From: Abditibacteriota bacterium
GTDB taxonomy: Bacteria; Armatimonadota; UBA5829
NCBI GenBank assembly: GCA_017445025.1
Contig: JAFSVJ010000084.1
Span: 980 to 64,979 of the forward strand
Direction of reading: 5' to 3'
DNA length: 64,000 nucleotides
Made by a program: the position numbers and the translations under genes. This document shows, piece after piece, positions 30,239 through 40,376 of the stretch. A model generated the notes under the pieces. It had not been told where the DNA came from and did not search any database. It saw nothing but the letters and a program-made list of their open reading frames with translations. Each line of letters starts with the position of its first letter. Positions within the stretch are counted from its first letter, which is position 1.

Positions 30239-31219
30239 TTAATATCTATTTCCTAACAGGGCCATAACGGCTTTTTGGGCGTGGAGTCTGTTTTCTGCTT
30301 CATCAAAAACTATGGAATTTGCACAGTCCATAACCTCGTCTGTCACTTCGCTGTTTCTGTGAGCCGGGAGACAGTGCATAAAGCAAGCATCACTTTTAGC
30401 ATAACCCATAAGCTTACTGTTCACCTGATAATCCGCAAAAATAACAGCTCTCTTGGCGGCTTCCTCTTCCTGTCCCATAGAAGCCCAAACATCGGTATAA
30501 ACTATATCGGCTCCCACAACAGCCTTTACAGGATCGGTTGTGACTATCATATCTACCCCACCCAGAGAGGCATAATTTGAAGCCTTATTTACATATTCTT
30601 CCACAGGCAAATAACCATCGGGACAACCACAGGCAAAGTTTATTCCCAATTTTGAACAAATAATCATAAGTGAATTACAAACATTGTTTCCGTCACCTAT
30701 ATAGGTAAATTTAATGTTTTTTCCATCACAGCCTTTATGTTCAAAAACTGTTTCTATATCAGCAAGAACTTGACAAGGGTGTTCCATATCACACAAGGCG
30801 TTAATAACAGGTTTATCAGAATTTTCTGCCAAGCCCACTACGGTAGAATTGCTGAAAACTCTTGCCATTATAATATCTGTTATTCTTGAAAGCACATTAG
30901 CCACATCATGAACGGACTCTCTTTTACCTAAACCTATCTCTGCGGGGCTTAAATACATACCATGTCCCCCAAGCTGATAGATTCCCGTTTCAAAAGAAGT
31001 TCTGGTTCTCAAAGAAGGTTTTTCAAATATTTCGGCAAGACTTTGTCCCCAAAGGATTTTAGTCTGCTCACATCTATCTATTACACCTGTTTTCATAAGC
31101 TTTGCAAGGTTTAAAACTTCAAGGATCTCTTCTCTTGAGAAATCATCCATATATATAAGATCTCTGCCTTGCAAGCCCTTTGCTACAGGATTGTTTTCAA
31201 AATATTCTTTAAAAGTCAT
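30239..31219 (-). CDS. argF: Ornithine carbamoyltransferase
   Basis: FEKPSLRTR, HPCQ, DVWASMG, HCLPAHR, EAENRLH. Confidence 0.96.
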   Translation of the reverse strand: MTFKEYFENNPVAKGLQGRDLIYMDDFSREEILEVLNLAKLMKTGVIDRCEQTKILWGQSLAEIFEKPSLRTRTSFETGIYQLGGHGMYLSPAEIGLGKRESVHDVANVLSRITDIIMARVFSNSTVVGLAENSDKPVINALCDMEHPCQVLADIETVFEHKGCDGKNIKFTYIGDGNNVCNSLMIICSKLGINFACGCPDGYLPVEEYVNKASNYASLGGVDMIVTTDPVKAVVGADIVYTDVWASMGQEEEAAKRAVIFADYQVNSKLMGYAKSDACFMHCLPAHRNSEVTDEVMDCANSIVFDEAENRLHAQKAVMALLGNRY

Positions 31220-31397
31220 AATTATTTTATCCGTCTTTTTATATAAATGTCATCCAAGGGTTCCCAAAAAGTCTGTTCCCCTAAGCGACAGCTTGGGGGG
31301 TGGCATCTCGGAGAGATGACGGGGGGATGGATATTAGACTTTTTGGGATTTGGACACAATATATTATACTACTTTTTCTTTTATTTGTCAAGTGATG

Positions 31398-32642
31398 TTA
31401 ATCTCTTTTAAATATATCCCTTGTATAAACCTTATCTATAACATCATCAAGACACTTGTCATATCTGTTGGCAATAATGGCTTTTGACTCTTTCTTAAAC
31501 TTTTCTAAATCATTTACCACTAAACTGCCAAAAAAAGTGGATCCGTCTTCAAGGGAAGGCTCGTAAATAATCACCTTGGCGCCTTTACCCTTAACTCTCT
31601 TCATAATACCCTGTATAGAGCTTTGACGGAAATTGTCGGAATTAGATTTCATGGTCAAACGGAAAACACCGATTATAACCTCTTTCTCTTTTGAAACATC
31701 AAAATCACTGTTTTCTTCATAGGCTCCCGCTATTTCAAGGACTCTCTCGGCTATGAAATCTTTTCTTGTCCTATTGGAATTCACAACTGCCTCAATTAAA
31801 TTTTCAGGCACTTCTTCATAATTAGCCAAAAGTTGCTTTGTATCCTTTGGCAAACAATATCCTCCATATCCGAAAGAAGGGTTGTTATAATGATTTCCTA
31901 TTCTCGGGTCCAAACATACACCGTCAATAATATTTTGAGTGTTAAGCCCCTTCATTTCGGCGTAAGTATCAAGTTCATTAAAGAAAGATACTCTCAGAGC
32001 CAAATATGTGTTTGCAAAAAGCTTTACTGCCTCAGCCTCCGTATAACCCATGAGAAGACTGTCAATATTCTCCTTAAGGGCTCCTTCCTTCAAAAGCAGA
32101 GTAAACTCATTTGCCACTTTTACAAGTCTTTTGTTTTCTGTATCAATTCCCACAATAATTCTTGAAGGATAGAGATTATCATAAAGAGCCTTAGACTCTC
32201 TCAAAAACTCGGGACAGAATATAATATTGTCGCAATGGTATTTCTCCCTTGCATGAGCGGTAAAACCTACGGGAATAGTGGATTTTATAACTATAATTGC
32301 TTCCGGATTATTCTCAATAACAAGTTTGATAACTGCTTCTACAGAAGAAGTATCAAAAAAGTTCTTCTTCGGATCATAGTTTGTAGGAGTGGCAACAATT
32401 ACAAAATCCGCATTCTTATAAGCTGCGGCTCCGTCCATTGTGGCAACAAGGGAAAGATCCTTTTCGCTCAAATACTTTTCAATATATTCGTCATGAATGG
32501 GAGATACTCGCTTGTTTATCATATCCACCTTTTCCGGGATAATGTCAACAGCAGTCACATTATTGTTTTGTGCCAAAAGAACACCCACAGACAAACCTAC
32601 GTATCCGGTTCCCGCTACTGCAATATTATATTTTTTACTCAT
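31398..32642 (-). CDS. ugd: UDP-glucose 6-dehydrogenase
   Basis: [35 protein letters not shown]. Confidence 0.96.
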   Translation of the reverse strand: MSKKYNIAVAGTGYVGLSVGVLLAQNNNVTAVDIIPEKVDMINKRVSPIHDEYIEKYLSEKDLSLVATMDGAAAYKNADFVIVATPTNYDPKKNFFDTSSVEAVIKLVIENNPEAIIVIKSTIPVGFTAHAREKYHCDNIIFCPEFLRESKALYDNLYPSRIIVGIDTENKRLVKVANEFTLLLKEGALKENIDSLLMGYTEAEAVKLFANTYLALRVSFFNELDTYAEMKGLNTQNIIDGVCLDPRIGNHYNNPSFGYGGYCLPKDTKQLLANYEEVPENLIEAVVNSNRTRKDFIAERVLEIAGAYEENSDFDVSKEKEVIIGVFRLTMKSNSDNFRQSSIQGIMKRVKGKGAKVIIYEPSLEDGSTFFGSLVVNDLEKFKKESKAIIANRYDKCLDDVIDKVYTRDIFKRD

Positions 32643-32646
32643 ATAT

Positions 32647-32728
32647 TTATCCTAAATAAAATTCTTTATACCATTTGGCAAATTTTCGCAAGCCCTCACG
32701 TAAGCTTGTATTTGGTCTAAAACCAAAA
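32647..32728 (-). pseudogene. Duplicated 3' end of the epimerase gene ([26 protein letters not shown])
   Basis: Same peptide as 32950-33031; differences are only synonymous. Confidence 0.88.
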
Positions 32729-32942
32729 GTTAAAAATCCCAAATCACCAAAAAGATCAATTTTTTATAAGAAATAACGAATTGTCATCACCACTCGTAGC
32801 GAATGAGTAGTGGGACAAAAGATATAAGGCGTTAGCCATTATAAATTTTGTTTCAATACGATTGAGCGTCAGAGCCGGTAAGACAAGAGTTATTTCGTTA
32901 AATAAAAAATTAGAGATTTTTAGGGGAGTTGGAATTTTTAAC
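32729..32942 (+). mobile_element. MITE-like TIR element, copy 2
   Basis: Ends GTTAAAAATCCCAAATCACC / GGGGAGTTGGAATTTTTAAC; lies between 82-bp direct duplications. Confidence 0.8.
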
Positions 32943-32949
32943 GATAAAA

Positions 32950-34032
32950 CTATCCTAAATAAAATTCTTTATACCATTTGGCAAATTTACGAAGGCCTTC
33001 TCTTAAGCTTGTGTTTGGTCTAAAACCAAAATCTCTCTCTAATGAGGATGTATCGGCATAAGTCACCGGCACATCTCCCGCTTGCATAGGCACAAGTTCC
33101 TTATGAGCCTCAAAATCATAATCCTTAGGCAAAACTCCCGCAGAAACCAATTCCTCTTGAAGAATTTTCACAAAATCCAGAAGATTTTCCGGGTTTGAAT
33201 TACCTATATTATAAATAGCATAAGGCGGAATGGGTAAACCATCCTCCCCTACTTGCTTTGCGGGAGCTTTCTCCATTACTCTTTTTACACCTTCAACTAT
33301 ATCGTCCACAAAAGTGAAATCTCTCTTACAATTACCAAAGTTGAAAATCTTAATGGTTTCACCTTTTATTAATTTATTGGTAAAACCAAAATATGCCATA
33401 TCCGGTCGTCCCGCAGGACCGTAAACCGTGAAAAATCTAAGCCCCGTTGAAGGAATATTGTAAAGCTTGGAATAGGCGTGAGCCAAAAGTTCATTGGACT
33501 TTTTGGTAGCAGCGTAAAGAGAAACAGGATTGTCCACCTTGTCCTCTATAGAATAAGGAACTTTTTTGTTTGAACCGTAAACGGAAGAGGAAGAGGCATA
33601 AACCAAGTGTTCCACACCCTTATTGCCATTATCATAAGAATGTCGACAAGCTTCCAAAATATTATAAAATCCTATTAAATTGGCTTCAATATACACATCC
33701 GGGTGGTCTATAGAATAACGAACCCCTGCTTGGGCTGCTAAATTAACAACCACATCAAAATTATATTCTTTAAAAAGTTTATCTACCAAGGCTTTATCCG
33801 CTATGGAACCCTTGACAAATACCCAGTTATTGTCACCTTTAGCTTCTGTTTCTATAAGTCTTAATCTGTAATCTTTTATTGATGTGTCATAATAATCGTT
33901 TACATTATCCAGCCCCACTACCTTTATGGGGTTAACTTCTTTTAAGAGTTTTAAAACCAAATTGGCTCCTATAAATCCTGCCGCTCCCGTGACTAAAACA
34001 CATTTCCCTTTTAAATCTATATTTGATTTCAT
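32950..34032 (-). CDS. UDP-glucuronate 4-epimerase (CapI/GAE-like SDR)
   Basis: TGAAGFIG, LAAQAGVRYS, ASSSSVYG, YAATK, RFFTVYGP.GRPDMA, GDV..TYAD. Confidence 0.93.
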   Translation of the reverse strand: MKSNIDLKGKCVLVTGAAGFIGANLVLKLLKEVNPIKVVGLDNVNDYYDTSIKDYRLRLIETEAKGDNNWVFVKGSIADKALVDKLFKEYNFDVVVNLAAQAGVRYSIDHPDVYIEANLIGFYNILEACRHSYDNGNKGVEHLVYASSSSVYGSNKKVPYSIEDKVDNPVSLYAATKKSNELLAHAYSKLYNIPSTGLRFFTVYGPAGRPDMAYFGFTNKLIKGETIKIFNFGNCKRDFTFVDDIVEGVKRVMEKAPAKQVGEDGLPIPPYAIYNIGNSNPENLLDFVKILQEELVSAGVLPKDYDFEAHKELVPMQAGDVPVTYADTSSLERDFGFRPNTSLREGLRKFAKWYKEFYLG

Positions 34033-34766
34033 TTAATAATTCCTTTATATTCCTTTTGAACTTGCTCATAACTTTCAAGGTTGCCTATATCATATCTCTT
34101 TCCCGGCATTTCCATAGCATAAACAGAACTCTTTCGACAAAGCCAAGAGATAAAACTACCCGGAGCATCTGTGTTGCAACCCACCTTTATTGCTTCTTTA
34201 ACCTTTTTAACATCATCTTTTGCATAAATATAAAAAGGAGGGCAACACCAATTACTTGGGGGATTGGGAGACTTTTCAACCATTTCCGTCACAAGGTCCC
34301 CTTCTCCTATTTTCAAAACTCCGCTTTTGGTAAGTCTTTTTAAATCTTCTTCATAATATCTCATTACAGTGGTTGATTTTTTTTCTTTAAAATATTCCAA
34401 AAACTTAACCAAACTAAAATCCAAAACATTATCTCCGGCTATCACAAGCAAATCTTCATTTAAAGATAATGTATTTATGGCAAATTCAATATCTTTTACA
34501 GCTCCGAGACGAGTTTCGTTTGAGGAAGTTCCGTCATCCAAAACTGTTATGGGTAAAGAAGGACAAGCAGCCCATTTTTGAAAATGTTCCGCAAATTTAT
34601 GGTTGGAAATTACAATATATTCGTCTATTTGTTTGCTTTGGTCTATGTCATCGAGGAGCCAATCCAAAATGGTTTTATCTCCAACTTTTAGTAGTGGTTT
34701 GGGAAAATTTTCGGTTAAAGGATATAATCTTGTGGCATAACCCGCGGCAAGAATCAAACATTTCAT
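34029..34766 (-). CDS. Sugar-1-phosphate nucleotidyltransferase
   Basis: ILAAGYATRLYPLT...PKPLL, AGDN, EK, YDIG. Confidence 0.9.
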   Translation of the reverse strand: MKCLILAAGYATRLYPLTENFPKPLLKVGDKTILDWLLDDIDQSKQIDEYIVISNHKFAEHFQKWAACPSLPITVLDDGTSSNETRLGAVKDIEFAINTLSLNEDLLVIAGDNVLDFSLVKFLEYFKEKKSTTVMRYYEEDLKRLTKSGVLKIGEGDLVTEMVEKSPNPPSNWCCPPFYIYAKDDVKKVKEAIKVGCNTDAPGSFISWLCRKSSVYAMEMPGKRYDIGNLESYEQVQKEYKGIIK

Positions 34767-35084
34767 TTTCAGGTCCTGTGATTAATTAAGTGGTGCGAAA
34801 CACCATTTTAAAATGCAAAATGTGATTTTCTACGAAAATCACTATTCCCCCCCCCGTCAGTTGCCTTTGGCAACTGCCACCCCCCATTTCCTACGGAAAT
34901 AGGGGGACACATTTACCGGCATCTAAAATTAACAGAGCAACTATAATATTTAGAGCCTGCCAACCAAAGTGGGGCGAAGCCCCACACTACCCCCTTTTCA
35001 AAAGGGGGTGCCCCATAGGGGCGGGGGATTTATTTTGCATTCTGCATTTAATTATGCATTATGCATTTTGCATTTTGCATTGAA

Positions 35085-36263
35085 TTATCCTATTCCATTG
35101 GCAGTTTCACAAATACAGGCAGAATATTTACCTCTAAGGTCCGGGAAAGTTTTTAGATACTCTCTCTCAACATTTTCTAAAATACTTTCCTCAAATGAAT
35201 GGTCTATAATTGCCATACAGCAACCTTTAAATCCCGCACCTGAGAATCGTCCACCATAGATGCCTTCTGTCTGGGTCATTATTTCATATAATCTTTTCAG
35301 TTCCGGAGAGCCTGTTTCCCAATTATAAATTGAAGAATGACCGCTTTCAAAGGACAGTTTTCCGAACAGATCTATGTCGCCTCTTCGCCAAGCTTCAGCA
35401 GCCTTTTCCACTCTGAAAAATTCCGTATACCAATGCTCTCCCCTTTTGGCCCAATTTTCCGGAAGTCTCTCTTTATATGTTAAAAATGTTTCGTAAGGCA
35501 CATCTCTGAGATTGGTTTCGTTAAATTTTCCATATTCCATTCCGCTGTAAGCTTTAAGAGCATAAGCACAACTACGGCACTCATCAACTCTCATATTAAA
35601 TTTACTTCCTGCCAAGGTTCTTTCTATGCCGGAAAAGAAAATAGCAATTTTATAAGGTTTCATTTTCTCGGACCGGGGAATTAGCTCAATACTGTCATCC
35701 AGTAAATCCATATAGAGAAGATGATCTTTTTTACAATACACTTCACAGGACTGGTCAAGTTTACCGCTGGCAACTCCCACATAATTGTTTTCCGCACTCT
35801 TTGCCATTAAAATCATTTCTTCCGGCTTTAGAGTAATATTATTTACTTTACACAGTGCTGAAAGAAAAACAAGAGTGACGGCGGCAGAAGAAGACAAACC
35901 CCCAATAGGCAATTCTCCGTCTAAAACTCCGCAAACACCCACAGAAAGAGTATATTTTGCCTTTAATGCAAGAGTGACTCCCCTCAAATAATCAGCCCAG
36001 TCTCCGGTCTTGGTTTCGGGAGTTTGGTTAATATGCCATTGAGCCCTTTTGTTAAACTGCATAGACATTAATTCCACAACCCCGTTTTCCTTGGGACTGC
36101 AAATAAAATGAATGCCCTTATCTATGGCGAAACCGGTTATTTTTCCAAGCTGGTGATCGGAATGAGCACCTACGGGACAAATTCTGTAAGGAGTAAAAAG
36201 CTCATAGGCGGGAGAATGTTTGTATATTTCTTCAAATTTATTAATAGCTCTTATACTCTTCAT
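35085..36263 (-). CDS. GHMP sugar kinase, galacturonokinase-like
   Basis: PYRICPVGAHSDHQ, GGLSSSAA, G.LDQ, GGRFSGAGFKGC. Confidence 0.85.
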   Translation of the reverse strand: MKSIRAINKFEEIYKHSPAYELFTPYRICPVGAHSDHQLGKITGFAIDKGIHFICSPKENGVVELMSMQFNKRAQWHINQTPETKTGDWADYLRGVTLALKAKYTLSVGVCGVLDGELPIGGLSSSAAVTLVFLSALCKVNNITLKPEEMILMAKSAENNYVGVASGKLDQSCEVYCKKDHLLYMDLLDDSIELIPRSEKMKPYKIAIFFSGIERTLAGSKFNMRVDECRSCAYALKAYSGMEYGKFNETNLRDVPYETFLTYKERLPENWAKRGEHWYTEFFRVEKAAEAWRRGDIDLFGKLSFESGHSSIYNWETGSPELKRLYEIMTQTEGIYGGRFSGAGFKGCCMAIIDHSFEESILENVEREYLKTFPDLRGKYSACICETANGIG

Positions 36264-36433
36264 AAGTAATCCAAAATAAAGTGATAAACCATATATATTA
36301 TACCATTTTTTAGGTTTTTTTTCTAATTTTTAGGTATAGATTATTTTTGGTAGTTATTTTTCTTTAAAATTTACTAAATATAATGATTTATGATATAATA
36401 TATATAGATAAAAATTTTAGGATATAATGAATA

Positions 36434-37420
36434 ATGAAACAATTAATGCTAATATTGGTTTTAATATTGTCGGTCAGTTTATTTTCATCTGATCAAGAAC
36501 AAATTATTATAAAAATACAAAATGCAACAAATGCTCTGCAAGCTAAAGATTATCAAACAGCTATAGATGAAGCCAATGATATTTTAAATACAAAAGGTCT
36601 TGACAGAGAATTTCAAAGTGCTTGTTATTTAACTCTATATTATGCATATAAAGAAACCAATAACAAACAGGCAGATAAATATAAAATAATAATAGAGGAA
36701 TATAAAGATACGGATTCTTATAAACAATTCCAAGAAATTTATTCAGTTGATGAATCTTTTGATGAACTTTTAAAATCTAAAAATAAGAACAAAATAAAAA
36801 AATCATTAGAAGATACAATCTCTTTATCTTCCAAAATATCTCCGGAAGAAAAAATCAATACAATAAAAAAAGCTAAAAGCATTATTACCGATTTAGATGT
36901 GAATCCGTATTATTTTATTGTTATTGAAAGTTTAATTGTAAATAATGACTTATATAAAGCTCAAGAGTTATTAGATAAATTAGCAAAAGAAGACCAAAAC
37001 TTTGCTAAAAGTCCAAAGTATACATTATTACAATATAACATTTACGTAAAATCAGATAATTGTGACGAAAAAGCAAAAGAATTAGAAAACAATTTAGAAA
37101 AAGTAAAATTATCGGATTTGGATTTATTAAAGTTTTATAGCATTAGAGAAAACTACTATTCCGAAAAAGATCCTGAAAAAGCAAAGAAATATCAAAATAA
37201 AACCAATGAATTAATTAAAAAGTTATATTCAAATCACCCGGGATACAGAAGTGATATAATGGAAAGAAAGGATGATTTTCCTGTAGCCGATAATAATTCA
37301 CCTAAGGAAGCAAACAACAATCCCATATCAATATATTCTATATATGCAATTGTGCTTATATTGATAGTTATAATTATAGTATTAATAAAAAAAATTAAGG
37401 AAGTCAATAAAATAAAATAA
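36434..37420 (+). CDS. Hypothetical exported alpha-helical (TPR-like) protein with C-terminal TM anchor
   Basis: Signal peptide, helical repeat-like body, C-terminal hydrophobic helix plus basic tail; very AT-rich. Confidence 0.6.
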   Translation: MKQLMLILVLILSVSLFSSDQEQIIIKIQNATNALQAKDYQTAIDEANDILNTKGLDREFQSACYLTLYYAYKETNNKQADKYKIIIEEYKDTDSYKQFQEIYSVDESFDELLKSKNKNKIKKSLEDTISLSSKISPEEKINTIKKAKSIITDLDVNPYYFIVIESLIVNNDLYKAQELLDKLAKEDQNFAKSPKYTLLQYNIYVKSDNCDEKAKELENNLEKVKLSDLDLLKFYSIRENYYSEKDPEKAKKYQNKTNELIKKLYSNHPGYRSDIMERKDDFPVADNNSPKEANNNPISIYSIYAIVLILIVIIIVLIKKIKEVNKIK

Positions 37421-37558
37421 AATTATGGTTTATAAACTAAATGCACTCGAAAGGGTGCTTTTTTATATAACTGTATTATTGCTGTGTTTATTACAGACAC
37501 TATTTTCATTTTACTGTTTATCATTAAAAATTAACAGCCAACCAAATAAGCTTTAAAA

Positions 37559-37588
37559 TTGACTAATTATAGGGATTTGTGATATAAT
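37559..37588 (+). promoter_or_regulatory. Sigma70 promoter of pckG
   Basis: TTGACT-18 bp-TATAAT with TG extension. Confidence 0.65.
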
Positions 37589-37645
37589 ATTTATTGGTGT
37601 AAAATGCCTTTTAGAAGGCTCATATAAATCTCATTGGAGAAAATT

Positions 37646-39412
37646 ATGGAAATCAAAAACAAAAAAGCTTTAGAATGGATTGACGAAATGGTCAAACTAT
37701 GCGAACCTGACAAAGTTGTATTTTGTGACGGTTCCGCAGAACAAAACAAACAATTTGAAGATGACGCTGTAGCAGAAGGCTCTATGGAAAGACTTAACCC
37801 TGATCTCCTTCCCGGTTGTCTCCTTCACAGAACTGACCCTAACGATGTTGCAAGAACAGAAAAATTAACCTTTATCTGCACAAAGAAGAAAGAAGATGCA
37901 GGCCCCATTAACAACTGGATGAGCCCGGAAGAAGCTTACGCCGAAACAGGTGCAAACTTCAAAGGCTCCATGAAAGGTAAAACTATGTATGTTATTCCTT
38001 TCATTATGGGTGTTAAAGGTTCCGACTTTGCAAAAGTAGGTATTGAATTAACAGACTCTCTCTATGTTGTTCTTAACATGAACATTATGACCAAAATGGG
38101 TCAAGTTGCCGTTGACCAATTGGGCGAAGACGGTGAATTTACAAAATGTCTTCACGCTCGCGGTGACCTGTCTATGGAAAAGAGAAGAATTCTTCACTTC
38201 CCGGAAGATAACACTATTTGGTCATTTGCTTCCGGCTATGGCGGAAACGTTCTCTTAGGTAAGAAATGTCTTGCTCTTAGAATTGCTTCTTGGATGGCTA
38301 AACAAGAAGGTTGGATGGCTGAGCACATGTTAATCCTCGGTTTAACCAACAAAAAGACCGGAAAGAAATACTACATTGCAGGTGCTTTCCCCTCAGCTTG
38401 CGGTAAGACAAACCTTGCTATGTTAATTCCTCCAAAAGAATTCCCCGACTACGAAATCGAAACAGTTGGTGACGATATTGCTTGGATTAGAATTGGTGAT
38501 GACGGAAGATTTTGGGCTGTAAACCCTGAAAACGGTTTCTTCGGTGTTGCTCCCGGAACAAGTATGAAATCCAACCCCAACGCTTTATTAACTACAAAGA
38601 AAAACACTATTTTCACCAATGTTGTTAAGACAGTGGAACCTGTTGAAGGCAACGTATGGTGGGAAGGTATGAAAGTAGATCCTCCTACAAAGGGTATTGA
38701 CTGGTTAGGCAGAGAATGGACTCCCGATTCAGAAGAAAAAGGTGCTCATCCAAACTCAAGATTTACCGCTCCCGCTTGCCAATGTCCTTGTATTTCTCCT
38801 AACTGGGAAGATCCTCAAGGTGTTCCTCTATCAGCTATTTTGTTCGGTGGTAGAAGAGCTAAGACAGCTCCCTTGGTATTCCAATCCTTTGACTGGAACC
38901 ACGGAACATTCCTCGGTGCTACTATGTGTTCTGAAACCACAGCAGCCGCAACAGGTGCTGTAGGTGTTGTTCGAAGAGACCCAATGGCTATGAGACCATT
39001 CTGTGGATATGACATGGGTGAATACTTCGGCCACTGGATAGAGATGGGGGCAAAAGCCAAGAAGGCTCCTAAGATTTTCCACGTTAACTGGTTCAAACAA
39101 GATGAAAACGGCGATTTCATGTGGCCCGGATATGGAGATAATGCCAGAGTGCTCGACTGGATTATCAGAAGATGTGAAGGTGAAGCCGGTGCTAAGGAAA
39201 CAGCTATCGGATACGTTCCTAACCCTGAAGATTTGAACCTTAACGGTTTAGACATTGACGCCAAGACTCTTGACGCACTTCTTGAAGTTGACAAAGAAGT
39301 TTGGAAGGCAGAGCTTCCCGGCATGAAAGAATTCTTAGGTCAATTCGGTTCAACTCTTCCCGCAGAAATCCAAGCACAGCTTGACGCTCTCGAAGAAAGA
39401 CTTAATAAATAG
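37646..39412 (+). CDS. pckG: Phosphoenolpyruvate carboxykinase (GTP)
   Basis: SGYGGN.LLGKKC.ALR, AFPSACGKTNLAM, VGDDIAW, NPENGFFGVAPGT, HPNSRFT; ATG 37646 follows GGAGA. Confidence 0.96.
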   Translation: MEIKNKKALEWIDEMVKLCEPDKVVFCDGSAEQNKQFEDDAVAEGSMERLNPDLLPGCLLHRTDPNDVARTEKLTFICTKKKEDAGPINNWMSPEEAYAETGANFKGSMKGKTMYVIPFIMGVKGSDFAKVGIELTDSLYVVLNMNIMTKMGQVAVDQLGEDGEFTKCLHARGDLSMEKRRILHFPEDNTIWSFASGYGGNVLLGKKCLALRIASWMAKQEGWMAEHMLILGLTNKKTGKKYYIAGAFPSACGKTNLAMLIPPKEFPDYEIETVGDDIAWIRIGDDGRFWAVNPENGFFGVAPGTSMKSNPNALLTTKKNTIFTNVVKTVEPVEGNVWWEGMKVDPPTKGIDWLGREWTPDSEEKGAHPNSRFTAPACQCPCISPNWEDPQGVPLSAILFGGRRAKTAPLVFQSFDWNHGTFLGATMCSETTAAATGAVGVVRRDPMAMRPFCGYDMGEYFGHWIEMGAKAKKAPKIFHVNWFKQDENGDFMWPGYGDNARVLDWIIRRCEGEAGAKETAIGYVPNPEDLNLNGLDIDAKTLDALLEVDKEVWKAELPGMKEFLGQFGSTLPAEIQAQLDALEERLNK

Positions 39413-39425
39413 ATATAAGTAATAG

Positions 39426-39451
39426 AAAAGGCTCCCGTTGGGGAGCCTTTT
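39426..39451. terminator. Bidirectional terminator between convergent genes
   Basis: AAAAGGCTCCC-GTT-GGGAGCCTTTT. Confidence 0.85.
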
Positions 39452-39453
39452 GT

Positions 39454-40362
39454 TTAACCAAATACACAATTATAAACAGCATATGAATAAATATTATTAG
39501 GAAAATATTCATCATATTCATCGTCATATTCATAAGGATAAAAATACTTATCTTTTACTTTTTCCGGTGCTTCAAGGATTGTTTCAACTTTTAAATAATT
39601 AGCTGTTTCATTTGATTTATACCAAAAAGAACAATTAAAAGCATTTTTTTCAATTATTATATCCGGATTTTCTATAGTTAGTTTCTTTAAAAAAAGAGAA
39701 CAAATGGCATGTTCTCCAATTCTTTTTACATTTTTTGGAATAACAAGTTCTTCTAAATGAGGATATATTCGACCTTTTAAAAATAATAAATCTGTATCAG
39801 TTTTTTGTAAATATTTTTTTTGTAAATATTCATCAGTATTTTCATATCCTACAAAATAAATATCATCAGGAAAAGCATTGGTTGGTATATATTCTACTGA
39901 CGATGGTATAATATATTTCTTATCTTTCTTTTGCCTGGGATAATACACTAATTTAGTTTTTTCTTTATTAAACAAGACTCCATCAACAGAACAATATGTT
40001 TTGTTATTAGAATTAACTATTATTTCTTTAAGTCCCATAGTATTGACACCAGACATATCATAACCAAATGGAGTAAAAATAGGTATACCATCATTAGATG
40101 CTATGAATTTTAAAGTTGAAGGTAATACTATAGTATTAATTGTTCCCATCCACTCACTAAAAGCATGAGGTCCAATAGATATAACACCTTCAGGTATTAT
40201 TAATTTATCTATGTGTTCTGGCATTGGCATACCATAATGATATTTATCAGCTTTATATTTAACCAAAACATGATCCTTAATTATCATTTTTCCTGCAAAT
40301 ACTACTGAAAAACAGTTAAAAACCATTAAAACTATAACTAATAATAAAAATATTTTTTTCAT
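39454..40362 (-). CDS. Exported leucine-rich repeat (BspA/LRR_5) protein
   Basis: Signal peptide; IPEGV.SIG..AF, N..Y.SVDGVLFNK.KT.L..YP, IP.SV..I...AF. Confidence 0.85.
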   Translation of the reverse strand: MKKIFLLLVIVLMVFNCFSVVFAGKMIIKDHVLVKYKADKYHYGMPMPEHIDKLIIPEGVISIGPHAFSEWMGTINTIVLPSTLKFIASNDGIPIFTPFGYDMSGVNTMGLKEIIVNSNNKTYCSVDGVLFNKEKTKLVYYPRQKKDKKYIIPSSVEYIPTNAFPDDIYFVGYENTDEYLQKKYLQKTDTDLLFLKGRIYPHLEELVIPKNVKRIGEHAICSLFLKKLTIENPDIIIEKNAFNCSFWYKSNETANYLKVETILEAPEKVKDKYFYPYEYDDEYDEYFPNNIYSYAVYNCVFG

Positions 40363-40376
40363 TAATAACTCCTTTA

